The notes beneath the pieces were generated by a model, which made no database searches, was not told where the DNA came from, and was given only the letters and a program-made list of their open reading frames with translations. From an uncultured Candidatus Saccharibacteria bacterium (GTDB lineage: Bacteria > Patescibacteriota > Minisyncoccia > UBA6257 > GWB1-50-10), in NCBI GenBank assembly GCA_964427645.1, contig CAYRVA010000001.1, forward strand, positions 1 through 24,202: a stretch of 24,202 bases of DNA. The letters are read 5' to 3'. A program made the position numbers and the translations under genes. Shown in pieces: positions 1 through 9,580 of this stretch; the stretch's first letter is position 1, and each line of letters begins with the position of its first letter.

Positions 1-184
1 CCTGGTCGCGCAAGGCCATCAGGCGGCCGGCGCGCGATATCTTCTTTTTAGCTCTCGCCAGGGCGGAAAACCGCTCGAGCGCTTCCGCGACCGTCATTGT
101 TCTTTTCACGCGCACTGGATAAGCGTCCGCTTCCCCGTAGCGAGCTAATTTGTTTTTTCTATCCCTGATTAGATCTTCCAGCAT
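1..184 (-). CDS. lysS: Lysine--tRNA ligase, N-terminal part (runs off the window start; absent from the ORF track)
   Basis: Manual translation from ATG at 184: MLEDLIRDRKNKLARYGEADAYPVRVKRTMTVAEALERFSALARAKKKISRAGRLMALRDQG. This fits the class II LysRS N-terminus (YP...AGR.M..R..G). greA-lysS is a familiar gene order. Confidence 0.85.
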   Translation of the reverse strand, partial: MLEDLIRDRKNKLARYGEADAYPVRVKRTMTVAEALERFSALARAKKKISRAGRLMALRDQ

Positions 185-244
185 GATGCCAATTTGGCCG
201 TAAAACTCTTACGACCCGCCGGCGAACGTGAGCGGCTTCGGCCG

Positions 245-703
245 TCAGATGACGGAAACGACCTGGTATTCGGTCGCGCCCTTGGGCGTTTGGACCGCTA
301 TCCGGTCGCCGCTTCTTTTCCCCAGAAGCTCCCGGCCCAGAGGCGACGAGTTCGAGATGAGCCCTTTGAGAGGGTCTGCTTCGTTCGAGCCGACGACGGT
401 GTATTCCAGGGACGTTTCCCCTTTCATCAGCTTCACCTTGGAGCCGATCTTCACCATGTCGCCCCCGTTCCCTCCCTTGATGATGGAGGCGTTTTGCAGG
501 AGCGCTTCGAGCTGGACTATCTTCTTTTCGAGATCCGCCTTTTCTTCCCGCGCCGATTCGTACTCGGCGTTCTCCGAAAGATCGCCGAGCTCCTTGGCGA
601 ACTTGAGCCTCTTCGCGACCGCCTGTCGCCCTTCGGTTTTGAGCTTCTGCAGCTCCGTAACGAGCGCGTCATAGCGCTCTTGCGTCAAATAATTCTTATC
701 CAT
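245..703 (-). CDS. greA: Transcription elongation factor GreA
   Basis: GDLSENAEY motif; C-terminal IS..SPLGRELLG. Confidence 0.97.
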   Translation of the reverse strand: MDKNYLTQERYDALVTELQKLKTEGRQAVAKRLKFAKELGDLSENAEYESAREEKADLEKKIVQLEALLQNASIIKGGNGGDMVKIGSKVKLMKGETSLEYTVVGSNEADPLKGLISNSSPLGRELLGKRSGDRIAVQTPKGATEYQVVSVI

Positions 704-2573
704 TGGTCTGTTTCGACTGGTTCAGTATTCTGTTCTGATAGTACCACGAAAAGACGTCCCTCGCTACCGGAACGACGTTCAAGCTGCCTTCTTTGGCGTT
801 CTCGACGAGGATCAGGATCGCTATCTGGGGATCGTTCGCCGGAGCATAACCGACGAAAAGGGCGTTGGTCTCCGTATTATTCTTAACCTGAGCCGAACCG
901 GTTTTCGCGGCGACCGGGATCGGCAGGTCATGAAGCATATAAGCCGTGCCGTAAGGCTTGGTGACGGCGTCGCGCATCCCTTCTTGGACGTCTTTGAGAT
1001 GGGAACCGATCTCCGAAGAAAGATCGGATAGGACCTTCGGTTGGCTTTCAAGGACGGCGTTCCCCTGCGGGTCCGTTATTTTTTCCATTATGCGCGGTTC
1101 GTAAAGCTTCCCGCCGTTTGCGATCGCCGCAATATAGTTCAAGAGTTCGACCGGCGTGATCGTCAGATCGCCCTGGCCGATCGAAACGTTGAAAGTGTTG
1201 CCCAAAAGCCAGTTTTGACCCTTCACTTCTTTCATCCAGGTCGGGTCCGGCAAAAAGCCGCTCGCCTCCCCCGGGAGATCGATGCCGGTAGGTTTGTCCA
1301 AAAGGAATTTTTGCCACCATTCCTTGAGCCGAGCGATGCCGAGACCTTTTTGGTCGCCGAAACCGCCGCCGACCTCGTAGAAATAAACGTCGCTCGACTT
1401 CGCGAGGGCCGAGTAAAGATCGACCCAGCCTTGATACTGCCAATCCAGGAAACGGCTCGGATGCGAAGGATCGTAGGGATTCGGTATGTCCAGATAGCCC
1501 GGCGAGAATATTTGGTGGTTCGGGTCCAGGATCCCCTCGGTGAGAGCCGCGGTCGCGACGAGCGGCTTGATCGTGGAACCAGGACTGTAGAGGCCGGCGA
1601 CCGCCCGGTCGAAAAGCGGCTGGCTCGGGGCGGAGAGGGCCGCCACGACGTTCCCCGGGTCGTAGGACGGTATGTTAAAAAGGGCGAGCACTTCTCCGTT
1701 GCGGGGATCGAAAGCCAAACCCAAGCCGATCTGCCGACCGAGCGCATGGATATCCGCCAAAAGGTCGTTGTAAAAATATTCCTGGAGGCCGGCATCGATG
1801 TAGGTCGTGATGTCATCGCCCGGTTCCGGCAGACGCAGTGTCCGTTCGGTTTGAGCCTTGCCGGCCGCGTTCGAGAGGACGAGTTTTTCGCCGTCCGTTC
1901 CCCGGAGATAATCGTCGTACTCGGCCTCGAGCCCGGCTCGGCCGATCTGGTCCTCGACGGTCAGGTTCGGATCGCTTTTCAGATCGTTTTCGCTTACGAG
2001 GCCCGTGTAACCCAAAAGATGCGAGAAGTCGAGCGGTACGGCGGCTTCCCGTTTGAAACCGGATTCCACATCCACCCCGGGCAGGTTCGCCGCCGAAAGA
2101 GCGACGAGCTCATCGTGGCTCACGTCTTCTTTAAGGAGTAGCCGGTCGCTCAAACTCCAGTCCTTGCCGCTCAATTCTTGGAGGATGCTACCCTGGTCCA
2201 GGCCCAAAATGCCCGCTGCTTGGACGATTATCGCCGATCGCGCGGAGGAATCTTCCGGAAGCGACCGGGGTGTGAGAAAAACGTTGAACGAAGCGATGTT
2301 TTGGACGAGGGCCTTTCCCGACCGGTCGTAAATTATTCCGCGCGGCGCGATCTGGACGTTGGGATCGCTCATGTTGATGAGCGCCCGGCGGTCGTAAAAC
2401 CGGCCTTGCAAGACGTTCAGGTCGAAGACTTGGAAGACCAAAACGGCGGAAAGAAGCAGCACGAGGAGCATCATTATCCGGAAAGCCCGGTCGCCGATCG
2501 GCACCTCGAGAAAATCCTCTTCAGCGCTCCGGTCCGACAGGATGTCTTCGAGATTTATCTCGTTCCTTTTCAT
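696..2573 (-). CDS. mrdA: Penicillin-binding protein 2 (class B transpeptidase)
   Basis: N-terminal TM, RG.IYDR.G dimerisation motif, SxxK (GSTIK), SxD (SSDV), KTG (KTGS); follows mreBCD. Confidence 0.93.
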   Translation of the reverse strand: MKRNEINLEDILSDRSAEEDFLEVPIGDRAFRIMMLLVLLLSAVLVFQVFDLNVLQGRFYDRRALINMSDPNVQIAPRGIIYDRSGKALVQNIASFNVFLTPRSLPEDSSARSAIIVQAAGILGLDQGSILQELSGKDWSLSDRLLLKEDVSHDELVALSAANLPGVDVESGFKREAAVPLDFSHLLGYTGLVSENDLKSDPNLTVEDQIGRAGLEAEYDDYLRGTDGEKLVLSNAAGKAQTERTLRLPEPGDDITTYIDAGLQEYFYNDLLADIHALGRQIGLGLAFDPRNGEVLALFNIPSYDPGNVVAALSAPSQPLFDRAVAGLYSPGSTIKPLVATAALTEGILDPNHQIFSPGYLDIPNPYDPSHPSRFLDWQYQGWVDLYSALAKSSDVYFYEVGGGFGDQKGLGIARLKEWWQKFLLDKPTGIDLPGEASGFLPDPTWMKEVKGQNWLLGNTFNVSIGQGDLTITPVELLNYIAAIANGGKLYEPRIMEKITDPQGNAVLESQPKVLSDLSSEIGSHLKDVQEGMRDAVTKPYGTAYMLHDLPIPVAAKTGSAQVKNNTETNALFVGYAPANDPQIAILILVENAKEGSLNVVPVARDVFSWYYQNRILNQSKQTNG

Positions 2574-3055
2574 TGTTTCGGCCAGATTTTATTCAGCCAA
2601 CCGACCGGAAACCACAAAACGGCGCCCAAAACGCCGGTTAAAAGGAACTCTTGGAGAGCAACGAGCGCCTGGAACTGCCGGTGCAAAAAGACGGCTTCGA
2701 GTCCGTAAAAAACGGCGGTACCCAAAAGGACCGCCAGAACCAGGTCCAGGAAAGACTCGCCCGTGATGTGCCTCCCGAAAAAATAAATGGCCAAAATGAC
2801 CGCGCCGAGAAAGAGCGCCGGCGTGAACCAAAACCGGAAAGTGACCGCGCTCAGCGCCAGAAACACCGCAACAAGGAGAAGCGCCGTGGCCGGCTTCAGA
2901 TCCCGGCCGATGTCCGTCCGGAAAAAAAGGAGAGTGAAAAGCAAAAGCGGCAGATCGGGAACGACGCCGAGAACGGAAATAAAACGGGCGCCGCTCGCAA
3001 AGAGCGCGGCGGCCAGGATAAGGATAAAAACCACCAATTTCCAAAGGCTCGTCAT
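2570..3055 (-). CDS. mreD: Rod shape-determining protein MreD (divergent)
   Basis: 161-aa multi-TM protein with 'VPDLPLL' near the N-terminus; lies between mreC and mrdA. Confidence 0.7.
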   Translation of the reverse strand: MTSLWKLVVFILILAAALFASGARFISVLGVVPDLPLLLFTLLFFRTDIGRDLKPATALLLVAVFLALSAVTFRFWFTPALFLGAVILAIYFFGRHITGESFLDLVLAVLLGTAVFYGLEAVFLHRQFQALVALQEFLLTGVLGAVLWFPVGWLNKIWPKQ

Positions 3056-3772
3056 TTAGGGAAAATTCGTCATCACGTAGACCTTGTCCAAATTGCCCGG
3101 GTTCCACGGGAGGGTCAAGACCGCCTTGGCCCAAAGGCCGGAGGAGGTTTCGCTTAGGGAAGCGATCTGGCCGACGGGCAGGTCGACGGGCAATCCGGTC
3201 GCGACGCTCAAAACGTCATCCCCTTCCGCCGGTCCGGAATCCTTGGGTATAAGGTCCAGGCCCGGCACGGTCCCGCCGACGAGAAGGGCTTTGACCCGGC
3301 CGCTGCCAACGGCGACGGCGCTTCGCCAATTCGGATCGAAAATAGTTTTCACCTCGCTCTGGCTGCCGCTCACCGCCTTGATCTTGCCGATCAGAACTCC
3401 GCCGCTTCCCAGAACCGGCATGCCCGGCTTCAGGCCATCAGTGGCGCCGGCACCTATCGTGACCGCGGCGTAATCGTTCCAAGGATAATCGGATTGGACC
3501 TCGGCTGCGAGGAAATCGTATCGGCCGCCGCCGAACACGGGTGTGCTCGTGGCGCTTTTGAGGCGCAGGAGGTTTGCGATCTGTGATTTCAACCCGGCGT
3601 TTTCCGTTTCAAGGGCGGCGAAATTTTCGTAATTGAAACTACGGTCGGCGCTCCCGATCACGATGAGTCTCAAATTGCCGAAAAATCCTATCAGGGCGGT
3701 TCTCCCGAAAAAGGCCGCTCCGATGACTAAAATCACGGCCAGGCCCAAAACCAAGACCCGGAACGATCTCAT
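3056..3772 (-). CDS. mreC: Rod shape-determining protein MreC
   Basis: N-terminal TM, short coiled coil (LETENAGLK), 'GATDGLKPGMPV..G.LIGKI', 'GD.VLS..G.P..LPVG'; follows mreB. Confidence 0.9.
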   Translation of the reverse strand: MRSFRVLVLGLAVILVIGAAFFGRTALIGFFGNLRLIVIGSADRSFNYENFAALETENAGLKSQIANLLRLKSATSTPVFGGGRYDFLAAEVQSDYPWNDYAAVTIGAGATDGLKPGMPVLGSGGVLIGKIKAVSGSQSEVKTIFDPNWRSAVAVGSGRVKALLVGGTVPGLDLIPKDSGPAEGDDVLSVATGLPVDLPVGQIASLSETSSGLWAKAVLTLPWNPGNLDKVYVMTNFP

Positions 3773-4797
3773 AAGTTGATGATCTTGGTGCTGGCAAAAT
3801 TGTCGAGAAGATTACCGTAGGTTCGCAGGTCTTCAGCGATCAGGCCGGTCCCCCGGGCGACGCAAAGTAGCGGTTCGTCCACGATCCGCACCTCGACGCC
3901 GATCTCTTTTTCGAGAAGCTGGTCGATGCCTCGGAGCAAGCTGCCGCCGCCGCAAAGATAAACGCCGTTCTTGTAGATGTCGCCCACGAGCTCGGGCGGC
4001 GTTTCGTCGATCAGGTCTTTGAGCGCTTCCACCATTGCCTTGAGCGTCCGCGAGATCCACGGCCGCACCTGGGTATCCTTGATTATCATTTCGCGCGGGA
4101 GGCCAGTCGAAGCGTCGCGACCGCGCACGACGATCTCGAGGTGTTCCGATTGGGGCACGGTGGCGCCTACCGCGATCTTGATGTCCTCGGCCGTCGGTTC
4201 GCCGATGAAGAGACGGAATTCGTCCCGGACGCTCTTCATTATTTCTTGGTTCAAAAAGTCGCCGGCGACCTTGAGACGCCGCGAACGGACGATACCGTCC
4301 ATGGAAATGATGGCCATGTCGGTCGTCCCGGCGCCGATGTCGACGACGAGATAGGCCGTTGGTTCGTTTATGGTGAGCCGGCTACCCAAAGCCGCGGCGA
4401 TGGGCTGCTCAACGAGGTGCACCTCGGAAACCCCGGTCTCCCGCAGGAGATCCTCGACCGATTTTCTCTCAACCTCGGTCAAATTGGTCGGCACGGAAAC
4501 GATGGTCGCCGTAAGCCAGGACCACGGAATGCGCTTGTCTTTGAGGAAGCGTTCGATCATTTCTTTCGCCATGTCGAAATCACCGATCACGCCTCCCACC
4601 ATGGGCCGAAGGGCCGTGACATGGGCTGGCGTGCGCGAAAGCATCTTCTTGGCCTCATTGCCGACGGCGACGACGCGGTTCGTCCGGTTGTTAAAGGCGA
4701 CAATCGACGGCTCGCTCAAGATTATCCCCGTCCCTTTCAAATAAACTTGGGTCGTGTCCGTTCCGAGATCTATGCCTAAAGTTTTCTTGAAGATCAT
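3769..4797 (-). CDS. mreB: Rod shape-determining actin homologue MreB (copy 1, divergent)
   Basis: GIDLGT, EPSIVA, DIGAGTTD and LCGGGSLL motifs; first gene of mreBCD-mrdA. Confidence 0.93.
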   Translation of the reverse strand: MIFKKTLGIDLGTDTTQVYLKGTGIILSEPSIVAFNNRTNRVVAVGNEAKKMLSRTPAHVTALRPMVGGVIGDFDMAKEMIERFLKDKRIPWSWLTATIVSVPTNLTEVERKSVEDLLRETGVSEVHLVEQPIAAALGSRLTINEPTAYLVVDIGAGTTDMAIISMDGIVRSRRLKVAGDFLNQEIMKSVRDEFRLFIGEPTAEDIKIAVGATVPQSEHLEIVVRGRDASTGLPREMIIKDTQVRPWISRTLKAMVEALKDLIDETPPELVGDIYKNGVYLCGGGSLLRGIDQLLEKEIGVEVRIVDEPLLCVARGTGLIAEDLRTYGNLLDNFASTKIINL

Positions 4798-4804
4798 TTT
4801 TGTC

Positions 4805-6055
4805 CTAATTTTTAAACCTTTTTACCAGTTCTTCGGCTTTTATTAATTTTGCTTCACTTTCGTCCCTCTTTTTGACCTCGATCTTTTCCTGGACCATCGT
4901 CTTACCGCTCACGACCGCCCGGTACGGGATGCCGATGAGGTCAGCGTCGAAGAATTTCTCGCCGGCCGAAAGTTCCTTCCGATCGTCGTAAATGACCTCG
5001 ACGCCCGCTTTCGTGAGATGATCGTAAACCTCGTCGGCGAAGTTTTGGATCTCGCTTTCGTCGCCGAGGCGCAGGAGATGGACCTGATAAGGCGCGACCT
5101 CTTCCGGCCAAATGATGCCTTTTTCGTCGTGATGGACCTCGACTATCGTGCCCATCAGGCGGTCGATGCCGATGCCGTAAGAGGCCATTATGACCGGTTT
5201 TTGGGCGCCGGTCTTATCCTTGAAATAGAGGTTGGCCGCTTCCGAAAACTTGGTGCCGAGCTTGAAGATGTTCCCCACCTCGACGGCCGTTACCTTCTCG
5301 AGGACGCCGCTTCCGCACTTCGGGCACCGGGCACCTTTTTTCACCTCCGCGATCTCCTGATTTTGGGCGAAACCGCAAAGCCGGCAGAGCAGAACCTCGT
5401 CCTCCCCCGCTTCCGTCTCCACCATGAACTCGTGCGAAAAGTTCTTCGTGAAGTCTCCGCCCGAAGCTTCGGTCACGTAGGCTTTGAGTCCCGAGCGGTT
5501 GAAAACGTTCAAATAGGCTTTTTTGGACCGTTCATAGAAATCGTCGAGCGAAGCTTCGTCCGTGTGGAAGCTGTAAAGGTCCTTCATTATGAATTGCCGG
5601 CCGCGGATAAGCCCCGACTTGGCGCGCGGCTCGTTGCGGAACTTCATCTGGATCTGGTAGGCCGAGGTCGGCAGGTCGGCGTAAGAATTAATTATCCCCT
5701 TCGCGAGGACGGCGATGATCTCCTCGTGGGTCGGGCCTAGGCCGAACTCGCGGCCGCTGTCGTCCTTGAATTGGTACATCACCTTCTTCATCGTCTCCCA
5801 TCTGCCCGTCGCGTCCCAAACCGACCGCGGATGGAGGGCGGGCATGAGTATCTCGCTCGAACCGAGCGCGTTCATTTCTTCCCGGACGATCTTCATTATC
5901 TTCTCGAGCGTCCGGAGCCCCAGAGGCATGAAAGAGTAGACGCCGGCCATGAGCTTGGAGACGAAATTCGCCCGGATCAGGTACTGGGCGTTCTTGGCTA
6001 CTTCGTCCTTGGGGAAGTCCTTCTGGGTCCGGGAGAAAAGCTCCGATTGTTTCAT
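4805..6055 (-). CDS. proS: Proline--tRNA ligase, short form without INS editing domain (416 aa)
   Basis: Motif 1 (ILMPAL), LGPTHEE, FRNE.R...GLIR.RQF.MKD.YSF, EVGNIFKLG, MASYGIG..R, anticodon-binding domain. Start moved from 6112 to ATG 6055 (MKQSELFS). Confidence 0.95.
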   Translation of the reverse strand: MKQSELFSRTQKDFPKDEVAKNAQYLIRANFVSKLMAGVYSFMPLGLRTLEKIMKIVREEMNALGSSEILMPALHPRSVWDATGRWETMKKVMYQFKDDSGREFGLGPTHEEIIAVLAKGIINSYADLPTSAYQIQMKFRNEPRAKSGLIRGRQFIMKDLYSFHTDEASLDDFYERSKKAYLNVFNRSGLKAYVTEASGGDFTKNFSHEFMVETEAGEDEVLLCRLCGFAQNQEIAEVKKGARCPKCGSGVLEKVTAVEVGNIFKLGTKFSEAANLYFKDKTGAQKPVIMASYGIGIDRLMGTIVEVHHDEKGIIWPEEVAPYQVHLLRLGDESEIQNFADEVYDHLTKAGVEVIYDDRKELSAGEKFFDADLIGIPYRAVVSGKTMVQEKIEVKKRDESEAKLIKAEELVKRFKN

Positions 6056-6062
6056 CGAGGCC

Positions 6063-6071
6063 ATATTAGCA
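6063..6071 (-). promoter_or_regulatory. Extended -10 promoter (TGC-TAATAT) 7 nt before the proS ATG; probable leaderless mRNA
   Basis: Minus strand reads TTGCTAATAT-GGCCTCG-ATG; no Shine-Dalgarno. Confidence 0.55.
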
Positions 6072-6094
6072 AAGAAAAAGGCCGCATGCAATTT

Positions 6095-6146
6095 AAAAGT
6101 ATGGAGGTTCAACCTCCTTTCTTAAGGGTATCGAGGTTGAACCTCC
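6095..6146. repeat. REP-like palindrome doublet (GGAGGTT-C-AACCTCC and an inverted copy GAGGTT-G-AACCTCC)
   Basis: 6103-6116 is the exact reverse complement of 6133-6146, and each copy is itself palindromic. The lead-in AAAAGTATGGAGG (6095-6107) is identical to 13061-13073. Confidence 0.75.
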
Positions 6147-6164
6147 TTACTTTGAGCGCGACCG

Positions 6165-7133
6165 CTATCGCAAGGCTGCTTCGATCACGAGGTCCAGGAC
6201 CTGCTCCATCGTGAGGCCGTAAGCTTCGGCGGCCTTGGGCAAAAGAGAATTTTCCGTAAGGCCCGGGATGGTATTCACCTCGAGGACGTATATCTTCTTG
6301 TCTTTCCCGAGGATCATGTCCGTCCGGGAAAATCCGCGGCAACCCAAGGCGCGGTGGGATTGGAGGGCGATGCGCTGGAAAGCGATCTTGTAGGATTGCG
6401 GCACGCGCGCCGGCGTGATCTCCAAAGCGGCGCCGGGCGTATACTTCGCTTCGTAGTCGAAGAACAAACTTTTCTGGGGGATTATCTCCGTCACCGGCAA
6501 GGCGAAAGCGGCGCCGGGCAGGCCCGAATCCAAAACGGCGCAGGTGTATTCGCGGCCGGGAATGAACGACTGGACGATCAGATCCGGCGTTTCGGCGAAA
6601 CCCGCCTCGAACGAGTGGAAGAGCTCGTTCGGCGTCTGGGCGATCCGGACGCCGATGCTCGATCCGCCGCGGTTCGGCTTAACGACCCACGGTTTTTCCA
6701 GATACCATTTGGTCTTTTGAAGAACGGCCACGCGGTCCGCCTGCCAGCCGATGCGATGGAAAAGGAGCGTGCGCGGAACGGTGAGGCCGTGATCTGCGAG
6801 ATGCCGGAGCGAGACGAATTTGTTCATCCCCAAAGCGGCGGCTGCGGCCGAAGAACCCGTGTGCGGCAAAGACATCGCTTCCAGCATGTGCTGGATGGTG
6901 CCGTCCTCGCCGTAAGGACCGTGCATGGCGATGAAAGCCAAATCGGCCTGAGTCCGCAGGGCCTCTTCCGTCATCGGCCATCCCCCCGCTCTCGAAACCA
7001 CGAACTCGAACCCTTCGAATTTTTCCGGATTCAAGTGCTTGAGGACGTTCTTGCCGCTTTTGAGGGATACCTCGTGTTCCGGCGAAGGCCCGCCGGAAAC
7101 GACCGCCACTTTTTTCCTCTTCTTCGCCTTCAT
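6165..7133 (-). CDS. ddl: D-alanine--D-alanine ligase
   Basis: GGPSPEHEVSL, HGPYGEDG, VKPNRGGSSIG, FFDYEAKY (omega-loop Tyr retained), LEVNTIPGLT. Start ATG 7133 overlaps the rseP stop (ATGA). Confidence 0.95.
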   Translation of the reverse strand: MKAKKRKKVAVVSGGPSPEHEVSLKSGKNVLKHLNPEKFEGFEFVVSRAGGWPMTEEALRTQADLAFIAMHGPYGEDGTIQHMLEAMSLPHTGSSAAAAALGMNKFVSLRHLADHGLTVPRTLLFHRIGWQADRVAVLQKTKWYLEKPWVVKPNRGGSSIGVRIAQTPNELFHSFEAGFAETPDLIVQSFIPGREYTCAVLDSGLPGAAFALPVTEIIPQKSLFFDYEAKYTPGAALEITPARVPQSYKIAFQRIALQSHRALGCRGFSRTDMILGKDKKIYVLEVNTIPGLTENSLLPKAAEAYGLTMEQVLDLVIEAALR

Positions 7134-8191
7134 ATGTTCCAATTGAGATACCGGCTGAGGTCGTGGGCCGTCACGAACAACATCAATATTATAAGCGCGG
7201 TGAACCCGAGACCGTTAATCCAGTTCTCCACCGTTTTCGGCACCGGGCTGCCTTTGAACTTTTCGATGATAATGAGAAGCGCCCGCCCGCCGTCCAGGGC
7301 CGGAAAAGGCAAAAGGTTCAAAACGGCAAGGTTGATCGAGATAAGCGCCAGAAGCTGGAGCAAATAGACGCCTCCCAGCGACGTGACCTGAGAGGCCAGG
7401 AAGACTATGCCGACCGGCCCGGCCACTCCCTGCAGGGCGGCCCCGCCAGAAGTGAAGAGCCCGATGATGACGGCGTAAAGGCCGGCGAACGTCAGGCCGA
7501 CAATGCCGATGAACTCCGTGAAACCGTCGCCCAGGGCTTTGAAGAAAGGCTCGGCCGCGAATCCGACGTCCGCCAAAGAGACGCCGAGCTCGCCCTGGCC
7601 CGCTGGCGCGGGGATCCTTTTTTCGATGTCGAAATTGAAAACCTGCTTGCCCCGGCCGATCTCGAGCGTGACGCTCTTCTCCGGACTTGATTTCACCAGG
7701 TCGACGAAAGTATTGACGTCGATCGGGTCGGATAAAACGGTGCCGCCCGCCGTCATTTTGAGGACCACGTCTCCCGTCTGAACCCCTGCGGCGGCGGCCG
7801 GCGATCCGGACATGACGCCCGCGACGACCAAATGGGAAGGCGCGCCGATCATGAAGACGACGCTAAGGACGACCCAACCCAGGATAAAGTTCATTACGAC
7901 TCCGGCGATCACGGTCAGGAACCGCTGCCAGGCGCGGTGGTCGTTGAAACCGGCCTCGTTCCTCTTTTCGTCCTTCTTTCCCTCTTCGCCGTAGATCTTC
8001 ACGAAACCGCCGAACGGGAGAAGATTCAGGCTATAGAGCGTCTTTCCGAACTTTTTGCCCAAAAGGCGCGGCGGGAATCCGATGCCGAATTCGTCCACCT
8101 GCATCTTGAAGAACTTAGCCGTGATGAAGTGCCCGAACTCGTGCAAGAGCACGAGGACGGCCAGGCTCAGAATGACGATAACGGTGATCAT
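7130..8191 (-). CDS. rseP: Site-2 intramembrane metalloprotease RseP (M50, one PDZ)
   Basis: HEFGH, GFVKIYG, PDZ region, NLLPFPALDGG. Confidence 0.93.
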   Translation of the reverse strand: MITVIVILSLAVLVLLHEFGHFITAKFFKMQVDEFGIGFPPRLLGKKFGKTLYSLNLLPFGGFVKIYGEEGKKDEKRNEAGFNDHRAWQRFLTVIAGVVMNFILGWVVLSVVFMIGAPSHLVVAGVMSGSPAAAAGVQTGDVVLKMTAGGTVLSDPIDVNTFVDLVKSSPEKSVTLEIGRGKQVFNFDIEKRIPAPAGQGELGVSLADVGFAAEPFFKALGDGFTEFIGIVGLTFAGLYAVIIGLFTSGGAALQGVAGPVGIVFLASQVTSLGGVYLLQLLALISINLAVLNLLPFPALDGGRALLIIIEKFKGSPVPKTVENWINGLGFTALIILMLFVTAHDLSRYLNWNI

Positions 8192-8240
8192 TTCCTTATC
8201 AGTTTAGCCGAAAGGCCGCTTTACCGGAAGCGAAATAAAA

Positions 8241-8264
8241 TATGGAGGCCCGGCCTCCATACTT
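8241..8264. repeat. REP-like palindrome TATGGAGGCC-C-GGCCTCCATA(CTT); may double as the frr terminator
   Basis: Perfect 10-bp arms directly after the frr stop, followed on the minus strand by TTTTATTT; near-identical copies at 12027 and 13063. Confidence 0.8.
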
Positions 8265-8813
8265 TTACTCGCTGATCTCCTTGAGCTTTGCCTCCATCGT
8301 CTTGTCCATTTCTCCGTTCGCCCGGTCGATCTCTTTTTGGATCTCCTCGCGGGTCCGGAACTTGTCGTCTTCGCTTATTTCCCCCTTGTCCGCCGCCGCA
8401 TCGGCGGATTTCTTGGCTTCATCGCGCACGCGCCGCAGCTCAACGCGGTGCTCCTCTGTGAGCTTCCCCACGTGTTTTTTGAGCTCTTCGCGCCTTTCGG
8501 ATGAAAGCTCCGGTAGATGCACCCGGACGATGTTCCCCTCGACGGCGGCCGAAAGGTTCAAAGTCGACGTTTCGATCGCTTTCGCGATCGAGGGAATCGC
8601 ATTCTTGTCCCAAGCTTGGATGACGATGTCGCGCGGCGGCTGCACGCCGACCGTGCCCACCTGCTTTATTGGCATCGACTGGCCGTAGTAATCCACCCTG
8701 ATGTCCTCGACGAGAGCGGCCTGCGGCCGGCCGGTGCGGATCCCCGCCACCGCTTTTTTCAAGTCTTCTATCAGCTTCGCCGTTTCCTTTTTCAAATTTT
8801 CCAAGTAGTCCAT
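8265..8813 (-). CDS. frr: Ribosome recycling factor
   Basis: IRTGRP...L.EDI.VDYYG; PELSSERR..L.K; R..RD. Confidence 0.96.
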   Translation of the reverse strand: MDYLENLKKETAKLIEDLKKAVAGIRTGRPQAALVEDIRVDYYGQSMPIKQVGTVGVQPPRDIVIQAWDKNAIPSIAKAIETSTLNLSAAVEGNIVRVHLPELSSERREELKKHVGKLTEEHRVELRRVRDEAKKSADAAADKGEISEDDKFRTREEIQKEIDRANGEMDKTMEAKLKEISE

Positions 8814-8821
8814 GTCTTTAG

Positions 8822-9580
8822 TTAATTATTGAGCATTTCCTGTATCGCCTTTTTCTGCAGGTTCATATTCAGATTATACCGCGAAATGGACAATTCGCGC
8901 TCGAGAAGCCAGCGGAGCTTCCTTGCGTTCCCCATAACGTCCGTCCGGCGAAGGCGCATTATTTCCTCCCGCAAATTGCCCAAAACGCCGTCGGCCGCCG
9001 GCTTTTCTCCGGAGAGCACGCTGAGCGCCCGGCCGATCGAACCGAACGACTGTCCGGCGATCCGCTTGGCCGTCTCTTTGGCCGTTCCCCGCTCTTCGGC
9101 CAGGAATCTTTCCACTTCCCCGACCGGCAGCCGCGGGAAATATATCTTTTCCAAACGCGAAAGGAGCGGCGGCAGGAAAAGTTCGCGGTTCTTGGCGACG
9201 AAGATGATGAGCGCGTGCTCCGGCGGTTCTTCGACCACCTTGAGGAGCGCCCCTTCGGCCTCCGTCGTGAGCCTTTCCGCTTCACCGATGACGAGCGTCC
9301 TTCGGGGCGAGGCGATCGGTTTTTGCCAGAGGAAATTCTTGGCCTCTCCGACTGCTTCGATGCCCAAACTCCCGTTTTCGCCGGGCGCAAGAAAAAGGGC
9401 GTCGATCGGGGGCCTTTGCGGTTTCTCCCATTCCCCCGTCTCGATCGCCGCGGCCAAAGAGCCGGCGAAGGTTTTTTTGCCGATACCCTCGTCGCCGTAA
9501 AAAAGATAGGCGTGGGAAAGCTTGCCTTCCTTGATCAGTTTTTTGAAAACGGCCGTTTTTGATTCGTAGCCGAAAAGCAT
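8822..9580 (-). CDS. holB: DNA polymerase III subunit delta-prime (short form, no Zn module)
   Basis: SHAYLFYG.EGIGK, degenerate Walker B with EAERLT.EA..ALLK..EEPP, and LSR. Start ATG 9580 overlaps the upstream TGA. Confidence 0.8.
   Translation of the reverse strand: MLFGYESKTAVFKKLIKEGKLSHAYLFYGDEGIGKKTFAGSLAAAIETGEWEKPQRPPIDALFLAPGENGSLGIEAVGEAKNFLWQKPIASPRRTLVIGEAERLTTEAEGALLKVVEEPPEHALIIFVAKNRELFLPPLLSRLEKIYFPRLPVGEVERFLAEERGTAKETAKRIAGQSFGSIGRALSVLSGEKPAADGVLGNLREEIMRLRRTDVMGNARKLRWLLERELSISRYNLNMNLQKKAIQEMLNN

Noticed and set aside
194-9562. Many long + strand ORFs antisense to the core genes (e.g. 1041-2141, 5018-5740, 6354-7367)
   Set aside because: Shadow ORFs of high-GC coding sequence; they fully overlap well-supported minus-strand genes and have no motifs.
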